Of a DNA stretch of 64,000 nt, positions 13,561 through 24,297 are shown piece by piece. This stretch comes from Eutreptiella sp. 'Long Island Sound 2002' (lineage: Eukaryota > Protista > Euglenida). The notes under the pieces are model-generated. The model saw nothing but the letters and a program-made list of their open reading frames with translations. It did no database searches and had not been told where the DNA came from. The DNA lies in assembly GCA_964036045.1 (NCBI GenBank), contig OZ038378.1:194866001-194930000 (forward strand). The letters are read 5' to 3'. The translations under genes were made by a program, and so were the position numbers. The first letter of the stretch is position 1. The number at the start of each line of letters is the position of its first letter.

Positions 13561-13818
13561 CAACCCCAGGTCTCAAGGTACTCAAGGTAGGAATATAAAT
13601 AGCTCCTTCTTTGTCAACCTCGACCCCTGTCGTGGATAGGGGAAGAAGCTATGCTATGTTCCGAGAGTGTACTTAGTTCTCGAGATTGACTGGTACTATT
13701 GCAGAACTATTGCAACGTCCAAAAGGAATTTACACATGCATTGTTCATTGACAGTGCCTGTCCTTCGTGTCCTGCACAGAGGCACTAGGGGTAGTAGAAG
13801 AACTCATCTTTTTGTATC

Positions 13819-13883
13819 ACTAGTTGTGCCTCGTCTCAACTTTTGTTTGCGTCTCCAATGTTTAGGCAGTTTTCCTGTCTTTG
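13819..13883 (+). repeat. Element 1 repeat A1
   Basis: 65 bp ACTAGTTGTGCC...CCTGTCTTTG, identical to 21089-21153. Confidence 0.95.
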
Positions 13884-13896
13884 TTTTTGTTAACCC

Positions 13897-14529
13897 ATGG
13901 ACGGGGTTGAGCAGCCTAATCAGAACCAACAAGAGTCAGCCGAGGAGCGGCTGGCGGCACAAGCCAAAGAAATTCAAGAACTCAGAGAGCAACTCGCCCG
14001 AGTGGCAGTGAAGGAGGGGCCCCGCCTGCCCCCACTGAGCGTGCCAGAAGTAAACCGAGCCCTGGAGAAGCCCCAGTTGGCACAGTGGATGAGACTCATG
14101 CTGTCCAACATCAAGGCGTACGTACGCCTTAGAGCTGGTGAGGTGGGGGAGATCCCCCGACCAAGTGAGTTTGGCGGCCAGGTGACGGAGGCCGCAGTCG
14201 ACCCAGGAGAGCAGCTGGCGTGGAGGGTCTGGGACTGCGTGTCCCAGTCCCAGGCGGCGTATGCCCGCAGGTATGCAGGGACGCACGGGAAATCCAGCTC
14301 CGAGTCCAACCAGTACACCACGCTTGAGGAGGCATGGAAGGAGCAAGGGTCGGAGTTCACGTGGCGGAGCGTGAAATTCAGGGAGGTGGGAGGAGTACTG
14401 CAATGGCAGACGAGGCAGGGCGAGTGGATCCCTGTGGACTCGCCGCCGAGCGGAGGGTGCCAGAGGTGCGCGCAGCGGGGCTCCCCCGACGAACGCCACT
14501 GGCACTTTAGATGCCCACACTGGTCCTGA
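13897..14529 (+). CDS. Gag-like ORF1 (210 aa) with C-terminal CCHC-type knuckle
   Basis: ATG 13 bp after A1, N-terminal coiled coil, CQRC-x9-HWHFRC at the C-terminus. Confidence 0.8.
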   Translation: MDGVEQPNQNQQESAEERLAAQAKEIQELREQLARVAVKEGPRLPPLSVPEVNRALEKPQLAQWMRLMLSNIKAYVRLRAGEVGEIPRPSEFGGQVTEAAVDPGEQLAWRVWDCVSQSQAAYARRYAGTHGKSSSESNQYTTLEEAWKEQGSEFTWRSVKFREVGGVLQWQTRQGEWIPVDSPPSGGCQRCAQRGSPDERHWHFRCPHWS

Positions 14530-16361
14530 CAGGACCGGCTGGAGCCCGGACCGGCCGCCCCGGGCTCCGGCCTTGGAGACACGGCGGCAGAGCTGCGGGC
14601 GCTCGCCCGCCGGTGGGAGACAGCAGCCCGGTCAGACGACCCCTGCTCACCGGAGGAAAGCGCCATGCAGTCCTGGAGACCGAGAACCCGCTCACAGTAC
14701 GCGTCCCGACTCCGGGCCTTGGCGGCCCGCCTGATATGGCCGCGGCACTGGCAGGCCTCCTGGCAGAGCGGGCCCAAGCCGGCACTACAGCGTCGGCCCT
14801 GCGGGGTATTACCTCCGCGGTCCGGGCCGTGGAGGACCTCCAGTGGCTGCCCCCAACAGTCACCACCTTGCACAAAAGGATTGCGGCGGGAGCCGCATCC
14901 TCGGGCTCTCAGCCCTATCTGTCCCCAGCAGGCTTGGTCCAGCTGGTTGAAAAGGCCAGAGACTCCAGGCACGGAGCGGTGTTCAGCGCATTGGCCATCA
15001 TCAGCTGGGTATGCTACCTGCGGGTGGGCGAAGCAGCTGGCATCAGGGTTACTGACCTGGCTATGCCGGGCTTTGTCCAGTTTTGGAACTCCAAGACAGG
15101 GGAGGAGGGGTATACCACCCGCCCCCTGTATAGGTATGCGGACGGCGTCCGGGCGTGGCTTCATGGCCACATGGTTTCGCTGGGCCGATCCTCAGACATG
15201 CTCATCTGGCACTCAGGGGAAGCGGGGTTGGAGGCAGGCATGGCCGAAACCCTGGCGAGCACCGCACACTCCCGAGCCAGGTGGCACGCCCTGCGCAGGG
15301 GAGGCGCCGCAGCGACTTGGGCCCGTAAACCAGACCTCGCCTACTACAAATGGTGGGGCAGATGGCAGAGCACGGCCGTGGCGATGCAATACGGCACCAA
15401 ATGGTCGGACCCGGGAGTCGTTGCCCCTACGGTGCTGCCCGCATGGTCCCGTGACCAGGGGCCTTTGCCGACTCCGGAACGCGTGGGCGTCCTGGCCCTG
15501 TGGGGATCCCCGATGTTCCCAAGTATCGCGAGCGCCCTCAACACCCCGACCAAGCGCAAGCCAAGACTTCCGCGAGGTCAGGAGCTGGAATCCACTGCGA
15601 GCAGCACGCTTGGGGGAGGAGGCGACGGAGACCAAACCGCGACCGAGCTGGAGGAATCCCCAGGGGACGGCTCTGCTGAGGTGGGCCCGGGGCCTGACAC
15701 AGCTCCTACCCTCCCTCCACTTCCTCCTTTGGCCTCTGCCATTGGGCGCGGCGCCGTGTCTCGGGAAGATGCGGGTCAGCTGTGCACGGTGGCGGGGCCT
15801 TTGGTTGCCGTGGGGGGGGGGGCGTGCGGGCCGGGGACGGCAGCCGGGCCCATCAATGTCGATTCCGACGTGGACACCGACGACAACAGCGAGGATTCCA
15901 GAAGCGAGCCCGCTGGCGAATTCGCAGTCGGCAGCGCCAGGGGCTCCCCCGGGCGTCGACAGGCCGGAGTTGCCAGGTTCGTTGGGCGGGAGCGTAAGCC
16001 GTGGTCCTCCAGGGCGGCTGTTGGCCCTGTCAGAGGAGGACCCGCAGCGGGCTCGAAAGCTGGAGTGGTGGGCTGTGTCCACCGCACATACACGGGGCCG
16101 CGTCGCGCTAAGGTGGTCCTGGGTGGTACGCAGGCCGTGCGATCCCGAGCCCCCGCACGCCGTCAAGCTGGGAGACCTCGTTTGGCCCAGCAGATCGGAA
16201 CGCCGCAGCCCAAGCGCATCAAGCTCGGGCAGGGCGGGCATGTCCGGACGCCGGAGGCGCAAGGCCCGGTGGAGGGTGCCTTCGTGGCTGCAGCCGAGCG
16301 TCTCAAGGCCAAGGCTTGGGGGCGGGCGGGCCCAGTGGCGTCGCCCCCCCCCCCTCTGTAA
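14511..16361 (+). CDS. Tyrosine recombinase of element 1 with long low-complexity tail
   Basis: Catalytic set R (YLRVGEA), K (NSKT), HxxR (HALRR), W (WGRW), Y (AMQY). The true N-terminus may be MQSWRPRTRSQY at 14665 in the adjacent frame. Confidence 0.9.
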   Translation: MPTLVLTGPAGARTGRPGLRPWRHGGRAAGARPPVGDSSPVRRPLLTGGKRHAVLETENPLTVRVPTPGLGGPPDMAAALAGLLAERAQAGTTASALRGITSAVRAVEDLQWLPPTVTTLHKRIAAGAASSGSQPYLSPAGLVQLVEKARDSRHGAVFSALAIISWVCYLRVGEAAGIRVTDLAMPGFVQFWNSKTGEEGYTTRPLYRYADGVRAWLHGHMVSLGRSSDMLIWHSGEAGLEAGMAETLASTAHSRARWHALRRGGAAATWARKPDLAYYKWWGRWQSTAVAMQYGTKWSDPGVVAPTVLPAWSRDQGPLPTPERVGVLALWGSPMFPSIASALNTPTKRKPRLPRGQELESTASSTLGGGGDGDQTATELEESPGDGSAEVGPGPDTAPTLPPLPPLASAIGRGAVSREDAGQLCTVAGPLVAVGGGACGPGTAAGPINVDSDVDTDDNSEDSRSEPAGEFAVGSARGSPGRRQAGVARFVGRERKPWSSRAAVGPVRGGPAAGSKAGVVGCVHRTYTGPRRAKVVLGGTQAVRSRAPARRQAGRPRLAQQIGTPQPKRIKLGQGGHVRTPEAQGPVEGAFVAAAERLKAKAWGRAGPVASPPPPL

Positions 16362-16416
16362 GGGTCCCGACAGGGGTGGGAGGGTGCAGGAACAGCCCCC
16401 CCTCTTCCTGGAGTTC

Positions 16417-18311
16417 ATGCAGGCACTCACCCCCCATTTTCACTGGATAGCCAAGCGGGAACGTTGTGGCTTGTGGATGGTTGCGAAGAGGGTGGATTTG
16501 TGGTTGAATAGAGTATTCGATACAGCCGAGGATTTCCGCTTGCAAGGGGCCTTACCCGCTCTCCTGGGCGCCTTGCGCAAGCTCCACCCGGACGCCTGGG
16601 AGGCATGCCTCCATATCAACACCTCCCCCATTCCGCGGTTCATGGGGGGGGTCGAAGATGCCATTTTGGACCGGGGATTGGGGCCGATAGGCTCCCACCA
16701 GCTCCCTGACGATCTGTGGGACGCTGTCGTACCGCCCTTCTATCGCGGAGGGCTCCAGGATTTTGACGTCGAGCGGGAGTGGCAGGACGGGGATAGGGTG
16801 GTCCGAGGGGCAACCAGATGGGTATCACAGCAGGTCCAGAGGATACTGCAGGCGTTGAGCGGGGCGGGGGTCTACGAGGAGACGGCTGACCCCCCCCCCC
16901 CCCCACGTGTTACCCCTTCGTCATCCCCAAATCCTCCGAGAAGGTATCCTTGATCTTGAGTTGCGTCAAGATCAACAAGAGTGACGGGGGCAAGCCCCCC
17001 ACTTTTAGATTGGATTCCTGGGAGGATTTGGCTAGGTCCTTGTCGGCATTCCCGCCTGATGTGGACCTCTACGGCCTCCACATTGACCTCAAAAATGCGT
17101 TCTGGAGCTTTTGCTTGCCCCAGGGTGCGCGCCAGGTTTTTCGCTTCCAGCCCGCCCCCGGGGCTCCGCCTGTGGCGCTGTCGCGCCTACCATTTGGCTG
17201 GAAATACAGCCCCTATCTGTGCCAAACGAGTTTGGCTCGCATTCTCCAGGGGGTACTGCCCCCCGAGATACTCCTTGTGCACTACCTCGATGACTTTTTG
17301 CTCGTCTTCACTGATAGGGAGGTGCTTAGGGAGGCGGGGCGAGTGGCAGTGCGTGCCCTGATCGAGGCTGCGTTCCTCATAAGTCCTAAGAGTGTCCTGG
17401 ACCCGGTGCCTGTGGCGTCATTCCTGGGGAAGGAGCTCGACTTGCAGGCTAGGCAGATCAGGAGCCATGAACAAGCACTGCTCCAGTTGTGGGCGCGATG
17501 GCTGAGGCTGGCGGTTGGCGCAGGCAACGACCGGCACCTCCAAAGCTTCCTGGGTTTGCTGAATTGGCATGTGCGTCCGAGGGGATTGGGTTGCCCTTTC
17601 GCGGCGGGCGCCTACTGCTGGTTGCGCTGGGGTAGGACGGTGGGGGGGGTCAAACAGCCGGCCCAGGGCTTCCCCCTGAAAATGCTGTGCAGCCTCGCAA
17701 CATTGGTGGCGGTGGCGGCCGAGCCCTGGCAGGCACCGGGCGGGGAGGCCTGGCGGCAATTGAGGGCCCTCCAGTTTGGGACCGAGGATAGGCTTTCGCG
17801 ATCCTCTCTGTGGTGCGGGGGCGTCGTCATCTGTGTTGATGGAGCGCGCGATGCGGGGTGCTGGAGGGTGGGGGCGCTCGTGCCGGGGGTGGGTGTGCGT
17901 ACGCATGTGACACCTCCTGCCCGCTTCGCCAGCCAGCAAACCACGGAACTAAGGGGAGTGGCGTGGGCTGTCAGGTTTGCAGTGAGGACAGGACACCGAT
18001 CTGTTACGGTCTGTAGCGACAGTGAGGCGGCCATTGCTCAGGTCCTCAGACTGCGCGCGACTAGCCACCTGACCCACCACCAAGCGGTCCTTCGGTCGTT
18101 GGCTAGGGTCCTGTGGGTATCACGGATCGTGCTCCGCCTCGTGTGGGTGCCCTCGACGCTTCAGCCGGGAGACCCTATGTCCAGGGTGACGTCAGTGTTT
18201 GGAGGCTCATAGGCCAGAGCGGAAGTCGAGGCTTGGTGCACGTGGGATGCATTGCTGGAAAATCTGGGCGAGGCTCGGGTGAGGGGGGTGGTGTGTCTCC
18301 GGAGATGCTAG
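16417..18311 (+). CDS. RT-RNase H of element 1 (frameshift at C-run about 16890, premature TAG at 18210)
   Basis: YPFVIPKS, HIDLKNAFW, LPFGWKYSP, HYLDDFLL, SFLG; RNase H VDGA, QQTTELRG, SDSEAA, WVPSTLQPGDPMSR. Confidence 0.93.
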
Positions 18312-19470
18312 CCCCCTCCCCCCCCCCCCCCCCAGCAGGCCAGCGGATGTCGGTCGGCGAAAATCCCCCCTCCTTTTTGGACACGTCTCCGTCTCGCAAA
18401 CAGGGCAACAACAGCCACCAGACAATGATGATGTACAATCCTTAGCGGACCTACTGGAGGAAGAGGCCCCAGAGCTTGACGAGCCCCCCCTCCCAGAGTC
18501 GCAGCTCACACCACTGCGGCACACAGCGGAAGAGTACAGCACCCCCCCACCCCCCCCCAGAACCCCTCGCCGACCGACACCGTCACAGGACATTGAAGAT
18601 TGCACCCCGGCCAGGAACCCCAAATACCCGAAGAGATTCACACCACACACCGTCGCCTACACGCCACTCTCCAACCTCCGAGCCCGCCTCCCTCACACCT
18701 CATTGGCCACACCGAGCACAGTGCACTGCATGCACACACCGTGGGAGGCGCTGGAACGCAGAACTACATTTCACACCCCCCAACCACCATCACCCATGTC
18801 GCCACGTGTAGCAGCAAATCTGTTGGCAGAACTGCAGCTGGTTGAAATGGACTGGGAGCAGGGACCAAGCCAGGCAGACACCGAAAGCATGCCGTCCTCC
18901 CACACCTCATCAAGGCACACATCGCCAGCGTCACGCATGTCTGACGACGCCTCCACACTGTCCTGCAGCACCATGTGTTCTCACTGCACCACTCCATAAA
19001 CCCAGTGCCCCACATGGGCACCATCAGCGCAACAAACCCACCCAAGCAACCCCCCCCCCCCCCCTGAATGGCTGTGTGTTGAATGTGCGCTAACCAGCAC
19101 CACCAGGGCACAGTGAGCCCGAACCAAGATCCCAGGAGTACCGGCCGAATGGGGCCAGCGTCAAGCAGGTATCCCAGGGACTGACCCTGACCACCATGCA
19201 CGCCACTGACCCTGTAGAGTCAAAGCCCCGCAAACTTGGGTACGACAGTGTACATATGGAAGGTAGGGACAAGCGAACACTGGCGGAAGCACCGGGACAG
19301 TCGCCTAGCAAAAACCCGGACGCACTGCTGTGAACTTGCTGAAGAACAATGGCTGGAAGTGTCTATGGCGGGGACATCCAGCTCAGCCTACCGACCAATT
19401 GAAGCCAGCAGGCCAGCGGCGACAGTGTATGCGCCCTCCATGTAGCAACCCTTTTTTGCTATCCGCACCT

Positions 19471-19980
19471 ATGACCAAGCGTCGGGGCTCGCGTGGGGCC
19501 CACAAGCGACAGGGTTCCCGTGGAGCCCGCCGAAAGGGTCGCCATGGCGGACAGCGGCACCAGCGTTCCGCAGACGCACAGCAGCGCCGGGCGGCGAAGT
19601 GGAGCAGCGTGCTCCGCACCCGCCTCCGCAGCAGGTTGGCGCGCCTGCCCATCCGCCGGGTGCTGCTCGGCAACGGGGTGCGCCTGTGCCCCCAGTGCCC
19701 CCTCCCTGACGACAGGGAGGGGTTTTTGGAACGGGCGGTCCGGGACGTGGCCGCACGCGTGGGAGGCACGCCGCACCGCCGCACGACCCCCGCCGGCCAC
19801 AGCGTCAAACCCCCAGGGCGGCATGCCTGCTGCCAGGTCTGGGAGGTAAGGCTGCCGGAGGGGGTCGCAGTGGTCTCCCTAACGGACTGGAACCAGGGAC
19901 GCAGGGTTGCTGTACCCTATATATGGATCCAAGCCCGGTATGGGCTGGTGTTGCAATTTGCCCGCCTCTTCAACCCGTGA
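19471..19980 (+). CDS. Extra basic ORF inside element 1 (about 169 aa), unknown function
   Basis: ATG-initiated, Arg-rich N-terminus then a CPQC-containing globular-looking half. No family recognised. Confidence 0.4.
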   Translation: MTKRRGSRGAHKRQGSRGARRKGRHGGQRHQRSADAQQRRAAKWSSVLRTRLRSRLARLPIRRVLLGNGVRLCPQCPLPDDREGFLERAVRDVAARVGGTPHRRTTPAGHSVKPPGRHACCQVWEVRLPEGVAVVSLTDWNQGRRVAVPYIWIQARYGLVLQFARLFNP

Positions 19981-20037
19981 GGTCAGCCGGCTGTCGTCGT
20001 CGTCTGTGCCTGCCCACTGCAGTGGGTGCCCCTGACG

Positions 20038-20931
20038 GCTTGGCCGCTGGGTGCTGATTTGGTTTTGTATTTTTGGGCCGCGTCGGTCCGCGTTCCGCTG
20101 GAGCTGACGGCCGGGTGCTGGGACTGGCCGCCTTTTACCGTCAGTGAGACTCACCGACAGTCGTGTTCGCCTGTATCTGCCCTCTGCAGAGGTTGACTCC
20201 GACGGCGTGGCCGCTGGGTGCGCCTGTTTTGTTGTCTTTTTACTTGGTTGGCGGCACGGCCGCTGGGTGCTTTATTTATTCACCTTTTTGGGCCAGCCTC
20301 ACACCGCATCCGGCTGGGACTGACGGCCGGTTGGTGCGATTTGCCCGCCTCTTTGTCCGCAGGGCACGGCGACCGTCGTGATCGCCTGTATCTGCCCGCT
20401 GTGGCGCTGTCCGGGGCGGCATGGCCGCTGGAGGAGTCCGCCGGACGTGGCGCTGCTGATTTAAGCTTGGTGCCCAACACGGCTCCTGCCTTCCCTCCGC
20501 CTCGGCCTGGGGACTGCCATTTGCTGGATTGCTACCTCGGTGCACATCCCTTTGGGGCTGGGGTTAGGTAGTGGACCCTGTGGTGGATACCTGGATACGG
20601 CGGAGACCTTTTTGGGCCTGCTTCACTCCGCGTCCGGCTGGGGCTGACGGCCGGTTGGTGCGATTTACCCGCCTTATTTGTACGTGGGGCACGGCGACCG
20701 TCGTGACCACCTGTGTCTGTCCACTGTGGTGACTGTCCATGGCGGCGTGGCCGCTGGAGGAGTCCGCCGGGGGTGGCGCTGCTGATTTGGGCCCGGTGCC
20801 CGACGCGATTCCAGCCCTCCCTCCACTTCAGCCTCTGGCCTCTGCCATTGAGCGCGGCGCCGTGTCTCGGGAAGATGCGGGTCAGCAGTGCACGGTGGCG
20901 GGTCCCCTGGTTGTCGTGGGGGGGGGGGGGG
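20038..20931 (+). repeat. Degenerate internal direct repeats in the element 1 3' region; the last copy duplicates the YR tail
   Basis: TTTGGGCC...GCTGACGGCCGG recurs near 20070, 20285 and 20610. 20753-20931 matches 15647-15822. Confidence 0.85.
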
Positions 20932-21046
20932 TTGCTTCTGTTGCTTTGCCTTTTGCTTGGTTACTACCTCAGTTCACATTCCTCAGGAGTTGGGATCCGG
21001 ATGTGGGACCTGTGGTGTGGGAACTGGGTACGGCGGAGAATGAATA

Positions 21047-21153
21047 CCCAAGTCCTGTGCAGTTTTCTTGTGCTCTGCTTGTGCAAACACTAGTTGTGCC
21101 TCGTCTCAACTTTTGTTTGCGTCTCCAATGTTTAGGCAGTTTTCCTGTCTTTG
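21047..21153 (+). repeat. Element 1 B1-A2 junction (predicted circle junction)
   Basis: B1 (42 bp) directly abuts A2 at GCAAAC|ACTAGTTG. Confidence 0.95.
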
Positions 21154-21404
21154 CCCGCCCACCCACCCACTGACCGGCTGACCCCCTGAGAGCACCTGCC
21201 CCTTCCTTTCCCTTTTGAAACCGATTCCCTCGGGTAGAGTGGGGGATCTAACCGTGCTGCAGCGTGTGGACCAGGGTATAGGGTCAGGGTCCGTTTCAGA
21301 GTGGGGTCCCGCATCCAGCGGAGTGGTCCGCAGCGCACCCGTCCATACAACCGCCGGTATTCCGGCCTTGGTGATACTTCAGTACTGCCATCCCAAGTCC
21401 TGTG

Positions 21405-21446
21405 CCCAAGTCCTGTGCAGTTTTCTTGTGCTCTGCTTGTGCAAAC
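21405..21446 (+). repeat. Element 1 repeat B2
   Basis: Identical to B1, preceded by an extra 13 bp copy CCCAAGTCCTGTG (21392-21404). Confidence 0.95.
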
Positions 21447-21971
21447 TATGGTAATAGTTGTTTGTCATCTCCACTGCACAACCCAGCATGAGATCGGACA
21501 ATGGAATAGGGGTTCTGTTTGACCGGTTTCAGCTGCTCAAGACCAACCATTGCAGCAGGTGTTTTGGAGCTGTTTCTTCGGTTTGATTGCCTAGTATTCG
21601 GAGTCAGACGAAAGGAAATCATCATCTTGTCTCGAATGCCACATTGCTGATTTTGTGCTTTTGTGCTAGTTCCTACTATCTGCTCCTCTAGGTGCAGTTT
21701 TAGGTGTGTCATTACATGAGCGCACCCACCAGGGCACTGTGTTTCAGCTGGTGTCAGCTCGAAAGCAACCAGTCATTGCTGTGTAATATGTGCGGACATG
21801 CACCATTCATGTGGCTTGCCAAGAGTGCCGGTGCATGGCCAGTCACCTGCCACCACCGGGATGTGCCCAGTACTTTAGTTCCGTCGGAAAAAGAGTTCTG
21901 CTGTAACCCCGTTATCCGCGTCCCTGGCTGTGTTCAGCGTATTTATTTTCTTCACCTTTATTGTCTGTACA

Positions 21972-23093
21972 ATGAGCCAACAGAAACTTGCGACAGCGTG
22001 GATGGAGGCGGACTGGACGTGGGACCGTCTTATCGCAGAGCAGCCGGAGACTCGGGCCACGCTTATAGCGTGGTCAGCCCTAGTGGCTAGGCCCCCGCTG
22101 GCAAAACGCATCCCGCAGGAGCACAGAGCTACGGTGCTGCTGGCATGGTTGGCGACATGGACGAGCTCAAAGAGGGTCAATATGACGTCGCTGGCCAAGA
22201 TCTTCTATGACAATCTCGGGGTCACCGTAGTGTACAGCTCCTTCACATACCATCGAGACGCATTCCTGTTTGGGCTGATGCTGGGCGGGGGCCTGGAGGT
22301 CCAATCGTACGACCTGACGACGGAACAGTCAGTAGCGGCCTTCACTCTGGCGCAACGTCTCTCTGCACGATTTCGACCTTTGGACTGAGCAGTCACGTTG
22401 GACACTGACGCGGCCTAGGACGCGACGAAAGCGGGAGAACCAGCGTTGACAAAGGCCAGATACGATGAACCGTCCGTTAAGAACGCCAAGATCATGCGTA
22501 AGCGTCCGGGGGCCACGCGCTGGACCCAGAAGTTGGCAAAGTCGTGGAGCATTACTTTAAAGGTATGCGAGAATTGCCGGAGGACGGACAGGCCCCAGGG
22601 GATCCGGCGCTGGAGACGCACACAGCTGTGGGAGATGAATTGGCGCAAGAAGTGTGGCATGTGGTGCTGGACTGTGACGATCCGGGCCGTAAGGCTCTGA
22701 AGAGCGCTGACAAGCAAAAACGGCAGAACGCCAAGCAGCAGCTCGAAAGAAGTCAAAAACACAAGGGGAAAGGATCGCGCAGGTCTAGGTGACACTCCGA
22801 CTCGATAGACTCGGACGACACACCAAGCTCCTCCTCCACGGCAACTTCATCCTCGTCGTCGAGCCGAGGCCATCCGAAACGCAGCGACCAGCAGGGAGCG
22901 TCCTCATCGGTCTGGAGCCCGGCAAAGCCCACCATGGTGATCGTCAACGGCAAGGAGCACTTCAGGGGCAAGACGTTGAACAACTTGATTGATTGCTCCA
23001 AACCGCCCCAAACGAAGTGCCGAGTCTGTAAAGCACACCACTGGTATTGGGAGGGGCCCGCATTCGGGTGCCTTGGACCCCGGAAAAAATGAC
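21972..23093 (+). pseudogene. Gag-like region of element 2, interrupted
   Basis: ATG inside A1; several stops and a frameshift; ends with knuckle-like CRVCKAHHWYWEGPAFGC. Confidence 0.65.
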
Positions 23094-24185
23094 TACCACG
23101 AGGAAAAAGCCTCCGGCGTTGGGGCAGGGGCGCTAGGAGGTTCTTGCGAGCTGTCGACCTGCTCAAGTGCGCCAAGGTCGAAGACTTCGGGGTATCCTAT
23201 GCTGCGACGGCCGTGCGAGGCCTCGGCATGCCAACCGTTGAGGGCTACTTGCAGCACCTCTGAAAAATGCGACGGAGGCTGGCGATGCAACCCGGGGAGT
23301 CGGCCAGAGACGTCTTGGAGTCACAAATGCTTTGGGAAGTCCAACAGGGGCACACAGACGCGAATGCTAAAAAGCTGCTCTTAGGATTGCGCCTGCTCGA
23401 AAAATTTGGCTGGATCCCTGCCACAGTGCGTGCCTGTGACTGGCTGTTCATTGACGCCTTTGAAAACGTCCCGCTGCGCAAACAGGAGGGGCGCTCAAAA
23501 CAATGGGCAACCATGGACTGTCTCAAGCAGCTCTGCACTGTCGCCAAAACCCTCCAGGATTGGGAAGTGGTCTCCCTCGCGGCCTTATCCATTGCCTTCG
23601 GACTCGGGATCTCAGAAGCATTCACGGCGGTGCTAGACGAAGGGGTACTCACATTCCACGGCACAAAGGGATAGGCACGAATGCAGCACCCCAGCATGGG
23701 GCCCTGGGCGTGCAAGTGGGGCGACTTCCTCGCCAGGCTGAGGGCTCTCAGCGGGCACCACCCGCATAGGGCGGCGTTCATCACCTCAACGACTCATCTT
23801 GCGGCGGCGTTCGAATCACTGCTGCAAGCGGAAGGGTGCCGTTGCCGCACCATACACTGGCACTCGTGGCGCAGATTCGGGGCTGCGCAATTACAGTCGC
23901 TCTCCATGCCACTGCACCTCATCCAAATCTGGGGCGGATGGTAATCACCGGCCGTTGCCCGCAGGTACGCGACACCGCCCTCCAACTGGACATTTACCAG
24001 AGATGGGCCCATGCCGGGTCCCAGGTGGAAAGACGACAAGCCAAGATGGTACGAGGTACCGTGGCCCTCGACAGCCATCTTTAGCGAATGGATACGCAAA
24101 GCCCTGCAGCCGGACACCACCAACAGCCGACCGGCTAGGATCCGACCACGTGTGAAAGCCGCAAAGCAGCCACGCACATCGTAAA
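23090..24185 (+). pseudogene. Tyrosine recombinase of element 2, inactivated
   Basis: GLGISEA (catalytic R lost), GTKG*, WHSWRRFG, IWGGW*, ARRY; in-frame stops at 23263, 23672 and 23941. Confidence 0.85.
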
Positions 24186-24297
24186 GCTGCTGACAAAGGG
24201 TTGCCCCCCGATTTTGCAGATGTGTTTTGTAAATTAACCAAGCTCCAGGGTATAAACCCGGCCCGCGGGCCCATGATATTCTCTGCTCTTCAGCACC

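Larger units (their letters stand above)
13819..21446 (+). mobile_element. YR retrotransposon 1 (DIRS order; VIPER/TATE/Ngaro-like): gag-YR-RT/RNaseH with split direct repeats, 7.6 kb
   Basis: A1 13819-13883 = A2 21089-21153; B1 21047-21088 = B2 21405-21446. ORFs carry gag knuckle, YR and RT/RH motifs. Flanks rejoin into the host repeat without a TSD. Confidence 0.93.

Noticed and set aside
13974-16430. Long minus-strand ORFs (398 aa and 405 aa)
   Set aside because: Antisense shadows of GC-rich gag/YR coding sequence with no recognisable motifs.
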